A stretch of DNA of 64,000 nucleotides from positions 29,617 through 93,616 of the IMG/VR virus record IMGVR_UViG_3300032770_000014; one strand, given 5' to 3'. Positions 1-9,800 of the stretch are shown here, one piece after another. A model generated the notes under the pieces. It made no database searches, was not told the DNA's origin, and worked only from the letters and a program-made list of their open reading frames with translations. The first letter of the stretch is position 1. Every line of letters begins with the position of its first letter. The stretch comes from a virus. The position numbers were made by a program, and so were the translations under genes.

Positions 1-1976
1 TAACCGACGTGGCCTCGCCAACCGTCAATGGTACATACACGCTTGGATGGGTAGTGACTGGAAGCGCAGCCTTAGCGCCGACTGCCATCAACGCTAACAC
101 GCTGTCCGTGAGCAGCGCGTCTACCGCAACCACAGCCACGAACGCAACCAATGTAGCGACCACGACCACGAGCAGCAACACGACGTACTATTTGGCGTTG
201 CTCGCGGCGAACGCCACGGAGAATCAAGGCGTGCTGGTAGCTTCGGGTCCGACCTACAATCCTTCGACTGGCGCGTTCTCGGTTGGCGGCGGCTCATCGC
301 ATGGCATCACCATCCCGGCTGGATCAGCGGTAGCAGGTAGCTCTGGGAACGTGGTCATCTCCTCGGATGCCACTTATGGATACTTGGAAGCTAACGAGAA
401 CAACACCGGCGCATCGCGTGTTTGCACAGCGGCAAACGGCATCTGCGCCCCTGCTTCAGCGATCCCGATAGCCGATGTAGGCAGCACAGGCTTGCAAGGC
501 ACAGCGCCTATCTCGGTAGCGTCCACGGGCACGATCTCGGTAGCGGCGGCGACGACAAGCGCCTTGGGCGTAGTCGAAACGGACGCGGCGGGAACGCTCT
601 CGAACTCCAGCGGCCTGATCGCGGTAGCCAAGGTGCCTTATGCGCTGACGTTCAACAATGGCGGATCTGGAGCGGCCAGCGGTCAGACCTTCGACGGCAG
701 CGCGGCATATACGATTAGCTACAACACTCTGGGCGCGGCTCCCACGGCGAACCCGACCTTTACCGGGACACTGAATGCGGCTGCCCTTACCGCCAGCGGG
801 ACGATCACGCTTTCTGGGATTGAAGGCGTATCAACCTACTGCGTGCAGGTTAGTTCGACAGGCGTCCTGAGCAACACGGGAGCAGCGTGCGGCAGCGGCG
901 GAGGCGGCGCGGTTAACTCGGTTAGCAACTCCGATGGGAGCCTGACGATCTCACCAACTACCGGCTCCGTCGTGGCTTCGCTGAATCTTGGGAATGCGCA
1001 GACTTGGACCGCGAAACAGACCTTCGGGACCAACATCAGCATCGGCGGCGTAACACCCTCCGGCGCAACCGGCACAGGCAACGTCGTGTTCTCAGCGTCT
1101 CCGGCGCTCACTGGCACACCGACCTTCGCCAGCGGCTTTGCGGCAGCTACGGCGGGAACCGGATCAGCGGGAACCTCGACGGCTTGGCTGAGTGCCCTCT
1201 ACATTGGCAACGGAACTTACTACTCGGAAATCACGCCTGCCAGCCCTGCGGCGAATGAGAGTATCGCCATGCCGACGACAGCCACGAGCACGGACACCTT
1301 CGCAGTTCTGGGTACGCAGCAGACCTTCACGGCAGGCCCAAAATTCAGCACGGTCGCTCCCACGATTGCGATGACGAGCAATCAACTGATCACCGGGACT
1401 GGCTCGAACCTCACCACGCTGACCTTCCCCGTGCCGTCGGGCGGGGTTACGCTGACCTTCCCGATTACGAGCGAGTACATGGTCGGGGCGAACTCGGATA
1501 CGACTACGACCCACGTTCTCCATGCAACGGCTGTAGCGGGAGTCTTCAACTCCGCAGCGATTGCGGCGGGTGATCTTCCGGCTGCTGGAACTGCCACGTT
1601 AGGCGCGGTGAGCACGGGTACATCCACGAGCAGCGGTATTGCAAACTCTAGCGGCGCAATCAGCGTGGTGAACTTTGTCGCCGATGTGACATTCACAATC
1701 GCTTCGAGCACCACTATTAACGCCAACTCCTGCTCTCCGGCATCGAGCAGCAGTGGAACCTCAGTCAACATGACGGGGCTTACCTCGACGATGGCGATGA
1801 TGGTCACGCCGAACACAGACCTTACAAACATAACAGGATGGGGCAACCCCGCAGCGGGCGTGCTCTACATTACCGTCGCTCCCGGCTCTGGGGCGTTCAC
1901 TTATCACGTCTGCAACAACACGGGTTCAAACATCACGACCGGTGGCTCGGCAACCTTCAACGTGAGTGCGCGATGA
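1..1976 (+). CDS. Tail fibre/adhesin-like Thr/Ser/Ala/Gly-rich protein (5'-truncated)
   Basis: Frame is open from the window edge. Low-complexity beta-rich repeats, paired Cys (YCVQVSSTGVLSNTGAAC) and a compact C-terminal domain; lies upstream of lysis-like genes. Confidence 0.6.
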   Translation, partial: TDVASPTVNGTYTLGWVVTGSAALAPTAINANTLSVSSASTATTATNATNVATTTTSSNTTYYLALLAANATENQGVLVASGPTYNPSTGAFSVGGGSSHGITIPAGSAVAGSSGNVVISSDATYGYLEANENNTGASRVCTAANGICAPASAIPIADVGSTGLQGTAPISVASTGTISVAAATTSALGVVETDAAGTLSNSSGLIAVAKVPYALTFNNGGSGAASGQTFDGSAAYTISYNTLGAAPTANPTFTGTLNAAALTASGTITLSGIEGVSTYCVQVSSTGVLSNTGAACGSGGGGAVNSVSNSDGSLTISPTTGSVVASLNLGNAQTWTAKQTFGTNISIGGVTPSGATGTGNVVFSASPALTGTPTFASGFAAATAGTGSAGTSTAWLSALYIGNGTYYSEITPASPAANESIAMPTTATSTDTFAVLGTQQTFTAGPKFSTVAPTIAMTSNQLITGTGSNLTTLTFPVPSGGVTLTFPITSEYMVGANSDTTTTHVLHATAVAGVFNSAAIAAGDLPAAGTATLGAVSTGTSTSSGIANSSGAISVVNFVADVTFTIASSTTINANSCSPASSSSGTSVNMTGLTSTMAMMVTPNTDLTNITGWGNPAAGVLYITVAPGSGAFTYHVCNNTGSNITTGGSATFNVSAR

Positions 1977-3496
1977 AAAAGATTCTCTCAATCCTGCTCC
2001 TTTTTCCGCTGCCTATATTGGCGCAGTACACGGTTCCGACGTATGTGATGGGGCCAATTTCCTTGCCCCCTCCTGCTATAACCAAGGCCATCGTCACCGC
2101 GTCCACCACGAACGCGAACTCCTACACCACCGGCTCGTTCTCGCCAGCGTCCGGCGTCCTGCTCTATGTCGAAGTGATCGCTTCGGGCACCACGGACCCC
2201 GGCACCAGCGTCACCGAATCCGCTTCGGAGACAACCTTCTCCCTGATCGGGACGGCGGTCACGGCGAGCAGCGCAAACACGCTCTATGCCTATGTGTCGA
2301 ACGGCAAGACTACTTCGACAACCTCGCGCACAGTGACATTCAACTGTCCTAATACCGCTGCGACGGGTGCTTTGGTCGGTGTCTACGCGATTACCAACAT
2401 GACGGCTCTGGGCCTAAGCGCCTTCGTACAAGAGGCAGTCGCTAACAACGTCGGCGCTTCGACAACCCCGGCGCCTGTCTTTCCTTCGGCCGTGCTAACC
2501 GCCGACCCTGTGCTGGCCTTTGTCGGCAACGCAACCAACCCCGGCGGCATCACGGCTCCCTCAAGCTGGCATACGACCGACTCCTACGGGTATGCCACAC
2601 CGACGACTGGCTTCAGCGGCTCCTATATCAACTCTGGGTTCACGGGCACGACGGTGACATGGGGCAGCACGTCCACCGCCCATGGCGACTTCGCGGTAGA
2701 GCTTACCAGCGGATCAGGGCCAGCCGCCGCGACCAAGACCTTCTACGCTGTCGATTCGATCATCACCGCAAATGGGACACCCGTGGGCACGACGGCGACT
2801 GTAGCGAACATGAATGCCGGAACCTATGGGAAACTGCATTCGTGGAGTTCAAGTTCCATAGGTGATTTCTCATTTGCTGCGAGCCAGGTTGCCCTGCCGG
2901 CCAGCGTGCCTGTGAACAGTTGCGGGACGTGGCCGCAGAACATGTCTTTGCAGAGCATAGCGTGGAACGATACAGTGACATACGCATATCCGCAAATGGA
3001 TATTTCCAGCACATCACCCGCAAAGGCCGTCTTTACTGGATACTTTAAGTTCAACACTCCGGATCAGGGCGGCAGTGGGGGTCAGATGGATCGTGTCTAC
3101 GCGGCGTTTGAAAGCGGCGATTACTGTGTGATCCAACAGCAAACAGGCACCGGAGCGGGAGCACCCTGTAGTGGTTATGGAGTTGAGATTGAAGGGAAGA
3201 ACACTGGCGCTGGCGGCACGGTACACAGCTCTGGCTGTGTGCCTATGACTCCGGGTACAGGTTATTGGTATACCTTTCTTGTGGACAGCACGGATAAGGT
3301 CTGCAAGTTACAGGTGTACGACTCGACTTTCACAACGCAGGTGGGGAGTGAACTCACGCTCACAATCTCAACAAGTGACACTCTAGGTGTGATTAAGTAC
3401 GGTAACGGCGAAGGCGCGTCCAGTTCGACCACTTCGTATTATCAGTATGGTATGGTGGATGTGACCAATGCGACCTATCCGAACATCCCGCATTAA
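1973..3496 (+). CDS. Exported Ser/Thr-rich beta-sandwich protein (possible lectin-like C-terminal domain)
   Basis: ATGA overlap with the upstream stop; signal peptide MKKILSILLLFPLPILA|Q. Start taken at 1973 rather than the ORF-track 1838. Confidence 0.6.
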   Translation: MKKILSILLLFPLPILAQYTVPTYVMGPISLPPPAITKAIVTASTTNANSYTTGSFSPASGVLLYVEVIASGTTDPGTSVTESASETTFSLIGTAVTASSANTLYAYVSNGKTTSTTSRTVTFNCPNTAATGALVGVYAITNMTALGLSAFVQEAVANNVGASTTPAPVFPSAVLTADPVLAFVGNATNPGGITAPSSWHTTDSYGYATPTTGFSGSYINSGFTGTTVTWGSTSTAHGDFAVELTSGSGPAAATKTFYAVDSIITANGTPVGTTATVANMNAGTYGKLHSWSSSSIGDFSFAASQVALPASVPVNSCGTWPQNMSLQSIAWNDTVTYAYPQMDISSTSPAKAVFTGYFKFNTPDQGGSGGQMDRVYAAFESGDYCVIQQQTGTGAGAPCSGYGVEIEGKNTGAGGTVHSSGCVPMTPGTGYWYTFLVDSTDKVCKLQVYDSTFTTQVGSELTLTISTSDTLGVIKYGNGEGASSSTTSYYQYGMVDVTNATYPNIPH

Positions 3497-3497
3497 C

Positions 3498-5555
3498 ATG
3501 AAAAGCCTCGCTCTCATCCCGTTCCTCTTCGCTTCGCTCGCCTTTGGGCAGGCATGGTCCGGAATCCTCGCTACTTCTCGCGCGATGGACTGGACCACGG
3601 CCGGCGCAGGAACAATCCCTACCCGCACAACCTACTGCACGACGACTGCCTGCACGACGCTATGCGGTACCCCGCAATCTGACAACACCTGTCACGGCGG
3701 AACGGTCACGGCGACGACGATCACGAACGCGGTCAACTCGGCCAGTAGCGGCCAAGTCGTGCGTATTCCCGACGGATCGTTCACCGTTGCGGGGTTCAAG
3801 ATCGGGGTCAGCAACATCTCACTGCGGGGTGCAGGTCCGAACAAGACTTTCCTTGTCCTCTCTGGCAGCGGCTACAACTGCAACGGTCCTGATGCGGCGA
3901 TCTGCGTCTGGAACGGTGACGGTAGTTGGTGGGGAGGGCCGGACAATGGCCCAGTGAGTTGGACGGCGAGCAGCTATGCTCAAGGCACCACAACCATCAC
4001 CCTTGCCAGCCACGCGAACCTGAAAGTCGGAACGCTGCTCACGCTGATTCAGGAGGACGACACGTCAAACTCCGGTACCGGCTGGCTGGACTGCGGAGCC
4101 GAAGCGACGTGGTGCTCGCAGCAGGGCGCATCGAACAGCCAATGGGTCACTTACTACTATTCAGGGAATGGAGCGACCGAGGCCGAGAACGTGACAGTGA
4201 CCGCCTGCGGTACCTCGACCTACGGCGCATCCTGCAGCAGCAACACTGTGACCTTTACGCCGGGTCTGCGAGCGCCTAACTGGACTTCGAGCAAGACGCC
4301 GGAAGCGACTTGGCCGAGCAGTCTTCCGCTGACAGGTGTCGGCCTTGAAAGTTTCTCCATGGATTGCTCTGGCGCGACTGTGGATTGCGTGCAGTTCGAG
4401 GGCGATACGGCAAGTTGGGCCGAGTACCTGCGGACTAACTCGATCGGCTCCCTTCATTACGCCTTGGACATGTCCTCGCACATCACCGTTTTTTCGAGCT
4501 ACATGTACGGCGGTTCGGGATCTTCGGAAGCCTATGGCGTGGACAGCGAGAACGGGAGCGCGGACAACCTCGCTCTGAATAACATCTGCAACCACAATGC
4601 GAACTGCATGGCGGCGGAAGGGGGCGACTCCGGCACAGTCTTTGCCTACAACTACTCAGTCGATGACTACTTTGGGCCGGGGCAATACCAGCAGGGACCG
4701 TTCACGCACTCGGCCGGGAACCACATGGAACTCTGGGAAGGCAACGACTTTCCCGACATCCAGAACGACATCATCCACGGGCCGAGCAATGCCGGCACAG
4801 TCTACCGCAACCACCTGACGGGCCTCGACCCGATTACCAGCGCGAACAACGGCGGCGACGGGCCAAAGACCATCGGGACGACTGCCCTCAACATCGGGGC
4901 CACAAATCGCTACTACAACGTCGTCGCCAACGTTCTCGGTACCTTAACGCACCACACTCTCTATCAGGACTCTGCGCCGAGCACGTCCGCCTGCACGCTC
5001 ACGAACGAATGGACTTCAGTCTTCCCGGTCTACCTGCTTGGCTATTCGGACCAGTGGGGCGGGGCGTTCACTTCAGGTTGCGGTCTGGGAAGTCCAAATA
5101 TCAACAACGACCTTGCGGTAGGCACCACCCTGATGCGGTGGGGGAACTACGATACTGTGACCGGGACGATCAGGGAATGCTCTGCCGCGTCGCCCTGCTC
5201 CGGCGTGGACGAGGCGGGGGACGGCGCGAACACCTACCCGGCCCTCAGCAGCCCTGCCACGAGCTTTCCGGCGAGCTTCTTTCTCTCGGCCGAGCCTTCG
5301 TGGTGGGTGTTTCCATCGGGAACCGCGGCGCCGTGGCCCGGAACCGGCCCGGACGTGACCGGCGGGGATATCTCAGGGACCGGCGGGCACGCCAACCTCA
5401 ACCCGGCAGCCAACTGCTACCTGAACGTCATGGGCGGATCGACAACAGGGTCTAGCGGCTGGCTCACGTTCAATCCAAGCGCGTGCTATCCGACGAGTCC
5501 GGCTGCGCCGACAGGATTGACGGCGGTAATTATGACAGGAGTGAGCGCACAATGA
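3498..5555 (+). CDS. Exported parallel beta-helix (pectin lyase-like) protein, possible depolymerase/tailspike
   Basis: Signal peptide MKSLALIPFLFASLAFG|Q; beta-helix N-cap-like TITNAVNSASSGQVVRIPDGSF...ISLRGAG; Asn/Gly ladders; many Cys. Confidence 0.65.
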   Translation: MKSLALIPFLFASLAFGQAWSGILATSRAMDWTTAGAGTIPTRTTYCTTTACTTLCGTPQSDNTCHGGTVTATTITNAVNSASSGQVVRIPDGSFTVAGFKIGVSNISLRGAGPNKTFLVLSGSGYNCNGPDAAICVWNGDGSWWGGPDNGPVSWTASSYAQGTTTITLASHANLKVGTLLTLIQEDDTSNSGTGWLDCGAEATWCSQQGASNSQWVTYYYSGNGATEAENVTVTACGTSTYGASCSSNTVTFTPGLRAPNWTSSKTPEATWPSSLPLTGVGLESFSMDCSGATVDCVQFEGDTASWAEYLRTNSIGSLHYALDMSSHITVFSSYMYGGSGSSEAYGVDSENGSADNLALNNICNHNANCMAAEGGDSGTVFAYNYSVDDYFGPGQYQQGPFTHSAGNHMELWEGNDFPDIQNDIIHGPSNAGTVYRNHLTGLDPITSANNGGDGPKTIGTTALNIGATNRYYNVVANVLGTLTHHTLYQDSAPSTSACTLTNEWTSVFPVYLLGYSDQWGGAFTSGCGLGSPNINNDLAVGTTLMRWGNYDTVTGTIRECSAASPCSGVDEAGDGANTYPALSSPATSFPASFFLSAEPSWWVFPSGTAAPWPGTGPDVTGGDISGTGGHANLNPAANCYLNVMGGSTTGSSGWLTFNPSACYPTSPAAPTGLTAVIMTGVSAQ

Positions 5556-6157
5556 AGACTATCATCGCAATCGCGCTCTGTCTTGGTTCGCTCGCATGGG
5601 GCCAGCGCAACGAGCTTGGCGTCTACGCGACCGGCAACCTCAACCCGCAGTACATCGTGAACCTTGAGCACGGGGCTAACCCGATCCTGGGCAGCAACAA
5701 GTCCACATGGGGCTACGGCTTCAGCTATGACCGCTTCTGGGGGAACTTCGGCGCTGGCTTCCTCTACGAGCAGAACCCGAAGTCAGACGGCAAGCTGGTG
5801 GTGCCAGACGGTTGCTGTTCGCTCTTGCAGGCCAAGACCTATATCTGGCCGCTCGATCGATGGGACTTGGCGGCGCTCGCCACGTACCGGATGCCCGTCG
5901 GGAAAAGCCGCTGGACCGTCTTCGCGCAGGCAGGACCGGGGTGGGTCATCACCAATGGCGGGTCGAACTCTGGGGTCAGTGAAGACTTTGCACTGGTATC
6001 CGGCCTGGGCGTGGACTACCGGATTCGTAGTCGGTGGAAGCTCCGGGCGGGTGAGACGTTCCTGAACACGCATCAGGGATGTTATGGCGATCCAACGTGC
6101 TCTGAAACATGGAGCCTGATTCAAGACTTGCGAGTAGGGGTTGTGACCACTTTCTGA
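5552..6157 (+). CDS. Outer-membrane beta-barrel protein (8-stranded type)
   Basis: Signal peptide MKTIIAIALCLGSLAWG|Q; amphipathic strands (WTVFAQAGPG, GLGVDYRI); terminal Phe (LRVGVVTTF), consistent with a Bam beta-signal. Confidence 0.7.
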   Translation: MKTIIAIALCLGSLAWGQRNELGVYATGNLNPQYIVNLEHGANPILGSNKSTWGYGFSYDRFWGNFGAGFLYEQNPKSDGKLVVPDGCCSLLQAKTYIWPLDRWDLAALATYRMPVGKSRWTVFAQAGPGWVITNGGSNSGVSEDFALVSGLGVDYRIRSRWKLRAGETFLNTHQGCYGDPTCSETWSLIQDLRVGVVTTF

Positions 6158-6167
6158 GAGGTGCTAG

Positions 6168-6428
6168 GTGGCTGAAAATGAGGTTGAGTGTCCAAAGCAG
6201 GAAGGATGTCCACTTGGACTCACCGGAGGCAAGGTTGCCCTCATGGAGGAGCATGTGAGTAAACTGATGAAGACCGTCTATGGAGATGGCAACGGCAACG
6301 AAGGACTACAGCCGCTCGCACAACGCCGCGAGGCTCAGATGGCTCTCCTGCTCTACGTCTTTGGACCATCCAGCATCCTTGGCCTGATATTTGCTTTCAT
6401 CACTCTGATTTTGCAAGCAAGACACTAA
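6168..6428 (+). CDS. Small membrane protein with C-terminal TM helix
   Basis: GTG start with RBS; VYGDGNGNEGL motif followed by a hydrophobic C-terminus; located in the lysis region. Confidence 0.55.
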   Translation: MAENEVECPKQEGCPLGLTGGKVALMEEHVSKLMKTVYGDGNGNEGLQPLAQRREAQMALLLYVFGPSSILGLIFAFITLILQARH

Positions 6429-6437
6429 GGAGAATCT

Positions 6438-6953
6438 ATGAAAAACCGTATCTACGCAGCCCTCGCCTCGCTCTTGGCGCTGACCATCGTCGCCGGGTGC
6501 CGCGCACAGCAGCCGCCCTCGCCCACGGCTTACACCTGTCCCACGGCTGTCAGCGGTGGGACCACCTACACGGAGATCAACCCGCCAGCCAGCAACCTCG
6601 TAGCGGCCTCAATTACCACCACCAGCTACAAGTGGACCCCCTCCACAGTAGGCCCGTATTGCGCCATAGTCCAGGCGTGGGGGCTTCCTGCCGGGGCGAC
6701 GGTCTATCAGGTCAGTTCGCCATCAAACGTCGTCCAGATCACGAATACGGCGACTGACCCGGTAATCGACTTCAGTTGGACAGCCCCCGCCACGAACGGC
6801 ACCTACTCGTCCTACACGTACATCCTGAGCTATGCGGCGGCGACGGCAGTAACGACGGTCCCGACGGCTCCAGCCTTGGCAACACCGACCATCAGCACGT
6901 CCATGGTGGAGAGCCCGCAAATAATTCTCTCCGCCAGCCTTGGAAAGCGGTAA
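6438..6953 (+). CDS. Exported/lipoprotein-like protein with possible FnIII-like fold
   Basis: AAGGAG RBS; signal with a lipobox-like VAGC, or alternatively an SPI site GCRA|Q. Confidence 0.6.
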   Translation: MKNRIYAALASLLALTIVAGCRAQQPPSPTAYTCPTAVSGGTTYTEINPPASNLVAASITTTSYKWTPSTVGPYCAIVQAWGLPAGATVYQVSSPSNVVQITNTATDPVIDFSWTAPATNGTYSSYTYILSYAAATAVTTVPTAPALATPTISTSMVESPQIILSASLGKR

Positions 6954-6975
6954 ACTCTAACTCGAAAGGATTGCT

Positions 6976-7182
6976 ATGAACTGGAGTGATCTTCTCAGCA
7001 ACAAGTATTTCACCGCAATCGAGGCTGCGGTCGCTGCGTTCCTTGTGACGTTCTTCTACAACTGGTGGACCGCTGGCGCAGCGTGGCCGATCAACTGGCA
7101 TTCGCTGGTCACGGGCGTAGTCGGGGCGGTGATCCTCGCCGTCTATAACCTGTACAAGCAGTCGCCGACAGCGAAGCCATGA
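6976..7182 (+). CDS. Putative holin (2 TM)
   Basis: 68 aa, two hydrophobic helices, basic C-terminus, upstream of peptidase and lysozyme-like genes. Confidence 0.55.
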   Translation: MNWSDLLSNKYFTAIEAAVAAFLVTFFYNWWTAGAAWPINWHSLVTGVVGAVILAVYNLYKQSPTAKP

Positions 7183-7358
7183 GCACCCCTATCAACTTTG
7201 GCGCAGCCTTGCAGCAGCTCTCTGACGATCTGCACCAGTTCTTCGTGAAGGCCAACACGGCGCTCGATACGGTCAACTTAGTGCTCAACGAGGCTGTGCA
7301 GGTGGAGAAGGACGCTGACGACAAGATCATCTCAATCCACTGGCGCTGGCCGTTTTAG
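7179..7358 (+). CDS. Hypothetical protein (59 aa, below ORF-track cutoff)
   Basis: ATGA overlap with the holin-like gene; MSTPINFGAALQQ...HWRWPF*; exactly fills the gap to the next RBS. Confidence 0.55.
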   Translation: MSTPINFGAALQQLSDDLHQFFVKANTALDTVNLVLNEAVQVEKDADDKIISIHWRWPF

Positions 7359-7368
7359 GAGAGAATCA

Positions 7369-8157
7369 ATGGCATTCGACATCTTCAAAGGCGGCAAGCT
7401 CGCGCCAGTTCACCTGCCGTGGCACGTCGCCCTCAGTGACCACCTTGACGCCGCCGCCAGTTGGCCCCCAGTCCCGCCGCAGGGATGGGAATACGCCGTA
7501 CCCCAGTCCGAGATGAGTGTGCTCGGCAACGACCAGTATGGATGCTGCGCCGAGTCCGGAGCGTGCGGCCTAGCGCAGATACAAAGCTGCAACGCTAATC
7601 CCACTGACCCCTTCGTTCCCACGACCGCCGAGGCGCTGGCGCTCTACACTGCCGTCACCGGGTTCAACCCGAACGATCCGAACAGCGACCAAGGGACAGT
7701 CTTAACCGACCTGCTCACCTACTGGCAGAACACCGGCTTCGAGTTGACTACCCGCTCCGGCAAGACGCGCCTAAGCCAGATCGTCGGGTGGGCCTCGCTC
7801 GACATTTCCAGCTTCGCGCTGCTGCGGTGGGCCGCGTACACGTTCGGCGGCTCCTACCTTGGCATCCAGTGCCCACAGAAGTGCGAGACGGACACAACCA
7901 ACTGGAACTTCGGTCCTGGTCTGCCTATCGCTGGCGGTCACTGCATTGTGCAAGCGGGCGAGGGCGCAGCTGGCGGCAAGATGCGCACGTGGGGTCTGTT
8001 CATTCCCGCATCGGCTGGCTTTATGGGCGCGTACATCGACGAGGCCTATATCATTTGCTCAAAAGACTGGGTTAATAATCAAGATAAGAGTCCGTCAGGC
8101 TTAAATCTGGATAGCCTTCTTGCAGCAATGAAACTAGCGGGATCGAGTTCACAATGA
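7369..8157 (+). CDS. Papain-like cysteine peptidase-fold protein
   Basis: GNDQYGCCA (catalytic Cys region), GGHCI (His), and a TWG motif. Confidence 0.6.
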   Translation: MAFDIFKGGKLAPVHLPWHVALSDHLDAAASWPPVPPQGWEYAVPQSEMSVLGNDQYGCCAESGACGLAQIQSCNANPTDPFVPTTAEALALYTAVTGFNPNDPNSDQGTVLTDLLTYWQNTGFELTTRSGKTRLSQIVGWASLDISSFALLRWAAYTFGGSYLGIQCPQKCETDTTNWNFGPGLPIAGGHCIVQAGEGAAGGKMRTWGLFIPASAGFMGAYIDEAYIICSKDWVNNQDKSPSGLNLDSLLAAMKLAGSSSQ

Positions 8158-8900
8158 GTAGAGCGAAAATTCATTCCGGCGTTTGCCTTGCCTGTTGTTG
8201 CTCTTTCCCATCCGAGAGAACCAAGACACAATTTTGTAGTCGAAGCTGTGCATCGAAGGCTACGCAGCGTATGCGCAAGGAACGCGGAGACTTTAAAAAC
8301 AAAATCTTGGATCATGTAATTCTTCGCGCAGTGAATTTAATTAACTCAGGTATGACTTGGAAGAACGCGGCCAAAGCTATAGGGTTGGACCATACGACCT
8401 TGCGCAAAAGAGTTAGACTCCTTGGTTGTCCTGTTCGCCGTGGACTCCGTGGCAGCAGACTACCAAGGACTTTGAATGTTCCCACCGATGACGCTACTCT
8501 AGCCTATATTGCAGCGATGATTGATGGAGAGGGATCAGTCCAAATGTGTAGGGGGAAACGGCTCTCGCTTTGCGTCTACATTTACAACACTAGTCTTGAT
8601 TTGATGAAATGGCTTGCTTTGGTTGGCGGCGTGTATGTGCCTCGGCACACGTTGCCGCATCGTAAGCAGGGCTATGAGTGGCGAGTAAAAGGCAGGGAAG
8701 ACGCCCTTGCTTTGCTCATGGCCGTTGAGCCTTTCATGATTATTAAAAAGAAACAGGCCCACGAAGCTATTGAATTTTTGCAAAGGGAAATCGGAAAGAA
8801 CTATTTCAACGCGCAAAACGTATCACCAACGGGCTTGAATCTCAACAGCCTTGTCGCCGCCATGCAAGCGGCCAAGCGCAACAGACCACCTGCAATTTGA
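8154..8900 (+). CDS. Free-standing LAGLIDADG homing endonuclease with N-terminal Zn finger and HTH
   Basis: LAYIAAMIDGEGSV motif, VEPFMIIKKKQA, CxxC...FCSRSC; AT-richer than its neighbours. Confidence 0.85.
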   Translation: MSRAKIHSGVCLACCCSFPSERTKTQFCSRSCASKATQRMRKERGDFKNKILDHVILRAVNLINSGMTWKNAAKAIGLDHTTLRKRVRLLGCPVRRGLRGSRLPRTLNVPTDDATLAYIAAMIDGEGSVQMCRGKRLSLCVYIYNTSLDLMKWLALVGGVYVPRHTLPHRKQGYEWRVKGREDALALLMAVEPFMIIKKKQAHEAIEFLQREIGKNYFNAQNVSPTGLNLNSLVAAMQAAKRNRPPAI

Positions 8901-8915
8901 AAAGGAGCTAACCAC

Positions 8916-9482
8916 ATGAAATCGCTTTTCGCAGCACTCGCAGCACTCATCCTGCTCATGCTCGTGATCCCTGGGTACGCGCAAGTCACCACGCAAGCTA
9001 CCGCCTCAGCGATCCACTACGACGGCGCTTGGACCGCCGGAACCGAAGAGACGGAGAGCCTGCCGGTGGTCTACCTCGGCGCAGCGAAGAACAACATCGT
9101 ATCGCTCGGCGCACGGGAGATCATTAATCCGGGCTACTGGAACATGTATGGCGCTCTCGGCAACTACCAGCCTGACCTGACGTGGCTATTCAAGCACACG
9201 GCGCTCGATCCGTCGCAGTTCACGCTTTCCTTCGATGTGGATGGTGGGATAGCTACGCTGACAGATGGCGGGACAAAACCGGCAGTCGAGGGCCGCGCTA
9301 ACTTCCAGTACGCGCTGACGGCCAACACCGCGCTCACAGGCGGCTACGCTGGCGGCGGCATGATTGGCGGCAAGCCATTTGGCGTGGTCAGCGTGGGATT
9401 CGCGTACCTGTTTGGTGATCCTAACTCGACGCAGAGCATGAGCCGGAAACGGTTTCTGCTCAGGCAAGCAATCAAGAAGTAA
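8916..9482 (+). CDS. Exported protein, probable beta-barrel
   Basis: AAAGGAG RBS; signal MKSLFAALAALILLMLVIPGYA|Q; amphipathic strands ending VSVGFAYLF plus a basic tail. Confidence 0.55.
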   Translation: MKSLFAALAALILLMLVIPGYAQVTTQATASAIHYDGAWTAGTEETESLPVVYLGAAKNNIVSLGAREIINPGYWNMYGALGNYQPDLTWLFKHTALDPSQFTLSFDVDGGIATLTDGGTKPAVEGRANFQYALTANTALTGGYAGGGMIGGKPFGVVSVGFAYLFGDPNSTQSMSRKRFLLRQAIKK

Positions 9483-9485
9483 GCC

Positions 9486-9800
9486 ATGCCCTCCATAACC
9501 CCACTCACGCCCGCCGAGTGCCGCCAGATCGACTGGGAAGTCTCGCACTACCCGTGGTGGCGCAAGCGGCTTATCGAACTGGACATCTTCATCAATGTCT
9601 GGTTCCTCAATGGCCTGCTCGGCGAAACAATCTCAGCCCGCGCCGGCCGGATGGCCTACCGGCACCGGTGGTGGGCCGAGTGGCTCTGCGACTTTCTGGA
9701 CCTGATCGAGAATAACCATGGCCCAAAGGCGGTAGAGGCTGATCGCTACCGCGCCTGGCTGGTCGAGCAGGCCGAGCTTAATTCGGGGTTGCTGACATGA
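9486..9800 (+). CDS. Conserved phage hypothetical protein
   Basis: ETISARAG...WLCDFLDLIENNH pattern, recognised from small phage proteins near lysis genes. Confidence 0.55.
   Translation: MPSITPLTPAECRQIDWEVSHYPWWRKRLIELDIFINVWFLNGLLGETISARAGRMAYRHRWWAEWLCDFLDLIENNHGPKAVEADRYRAWLVEQAELNSGLLT

Noticed and set aside
1-5555. Diversity-generating retroelement or invertible tail-fibre cassette
   Set aside because: No reverse transcriptase, TR/VR pair or flanking inversion sites were noticed; the resolvase is about 28 kb away.
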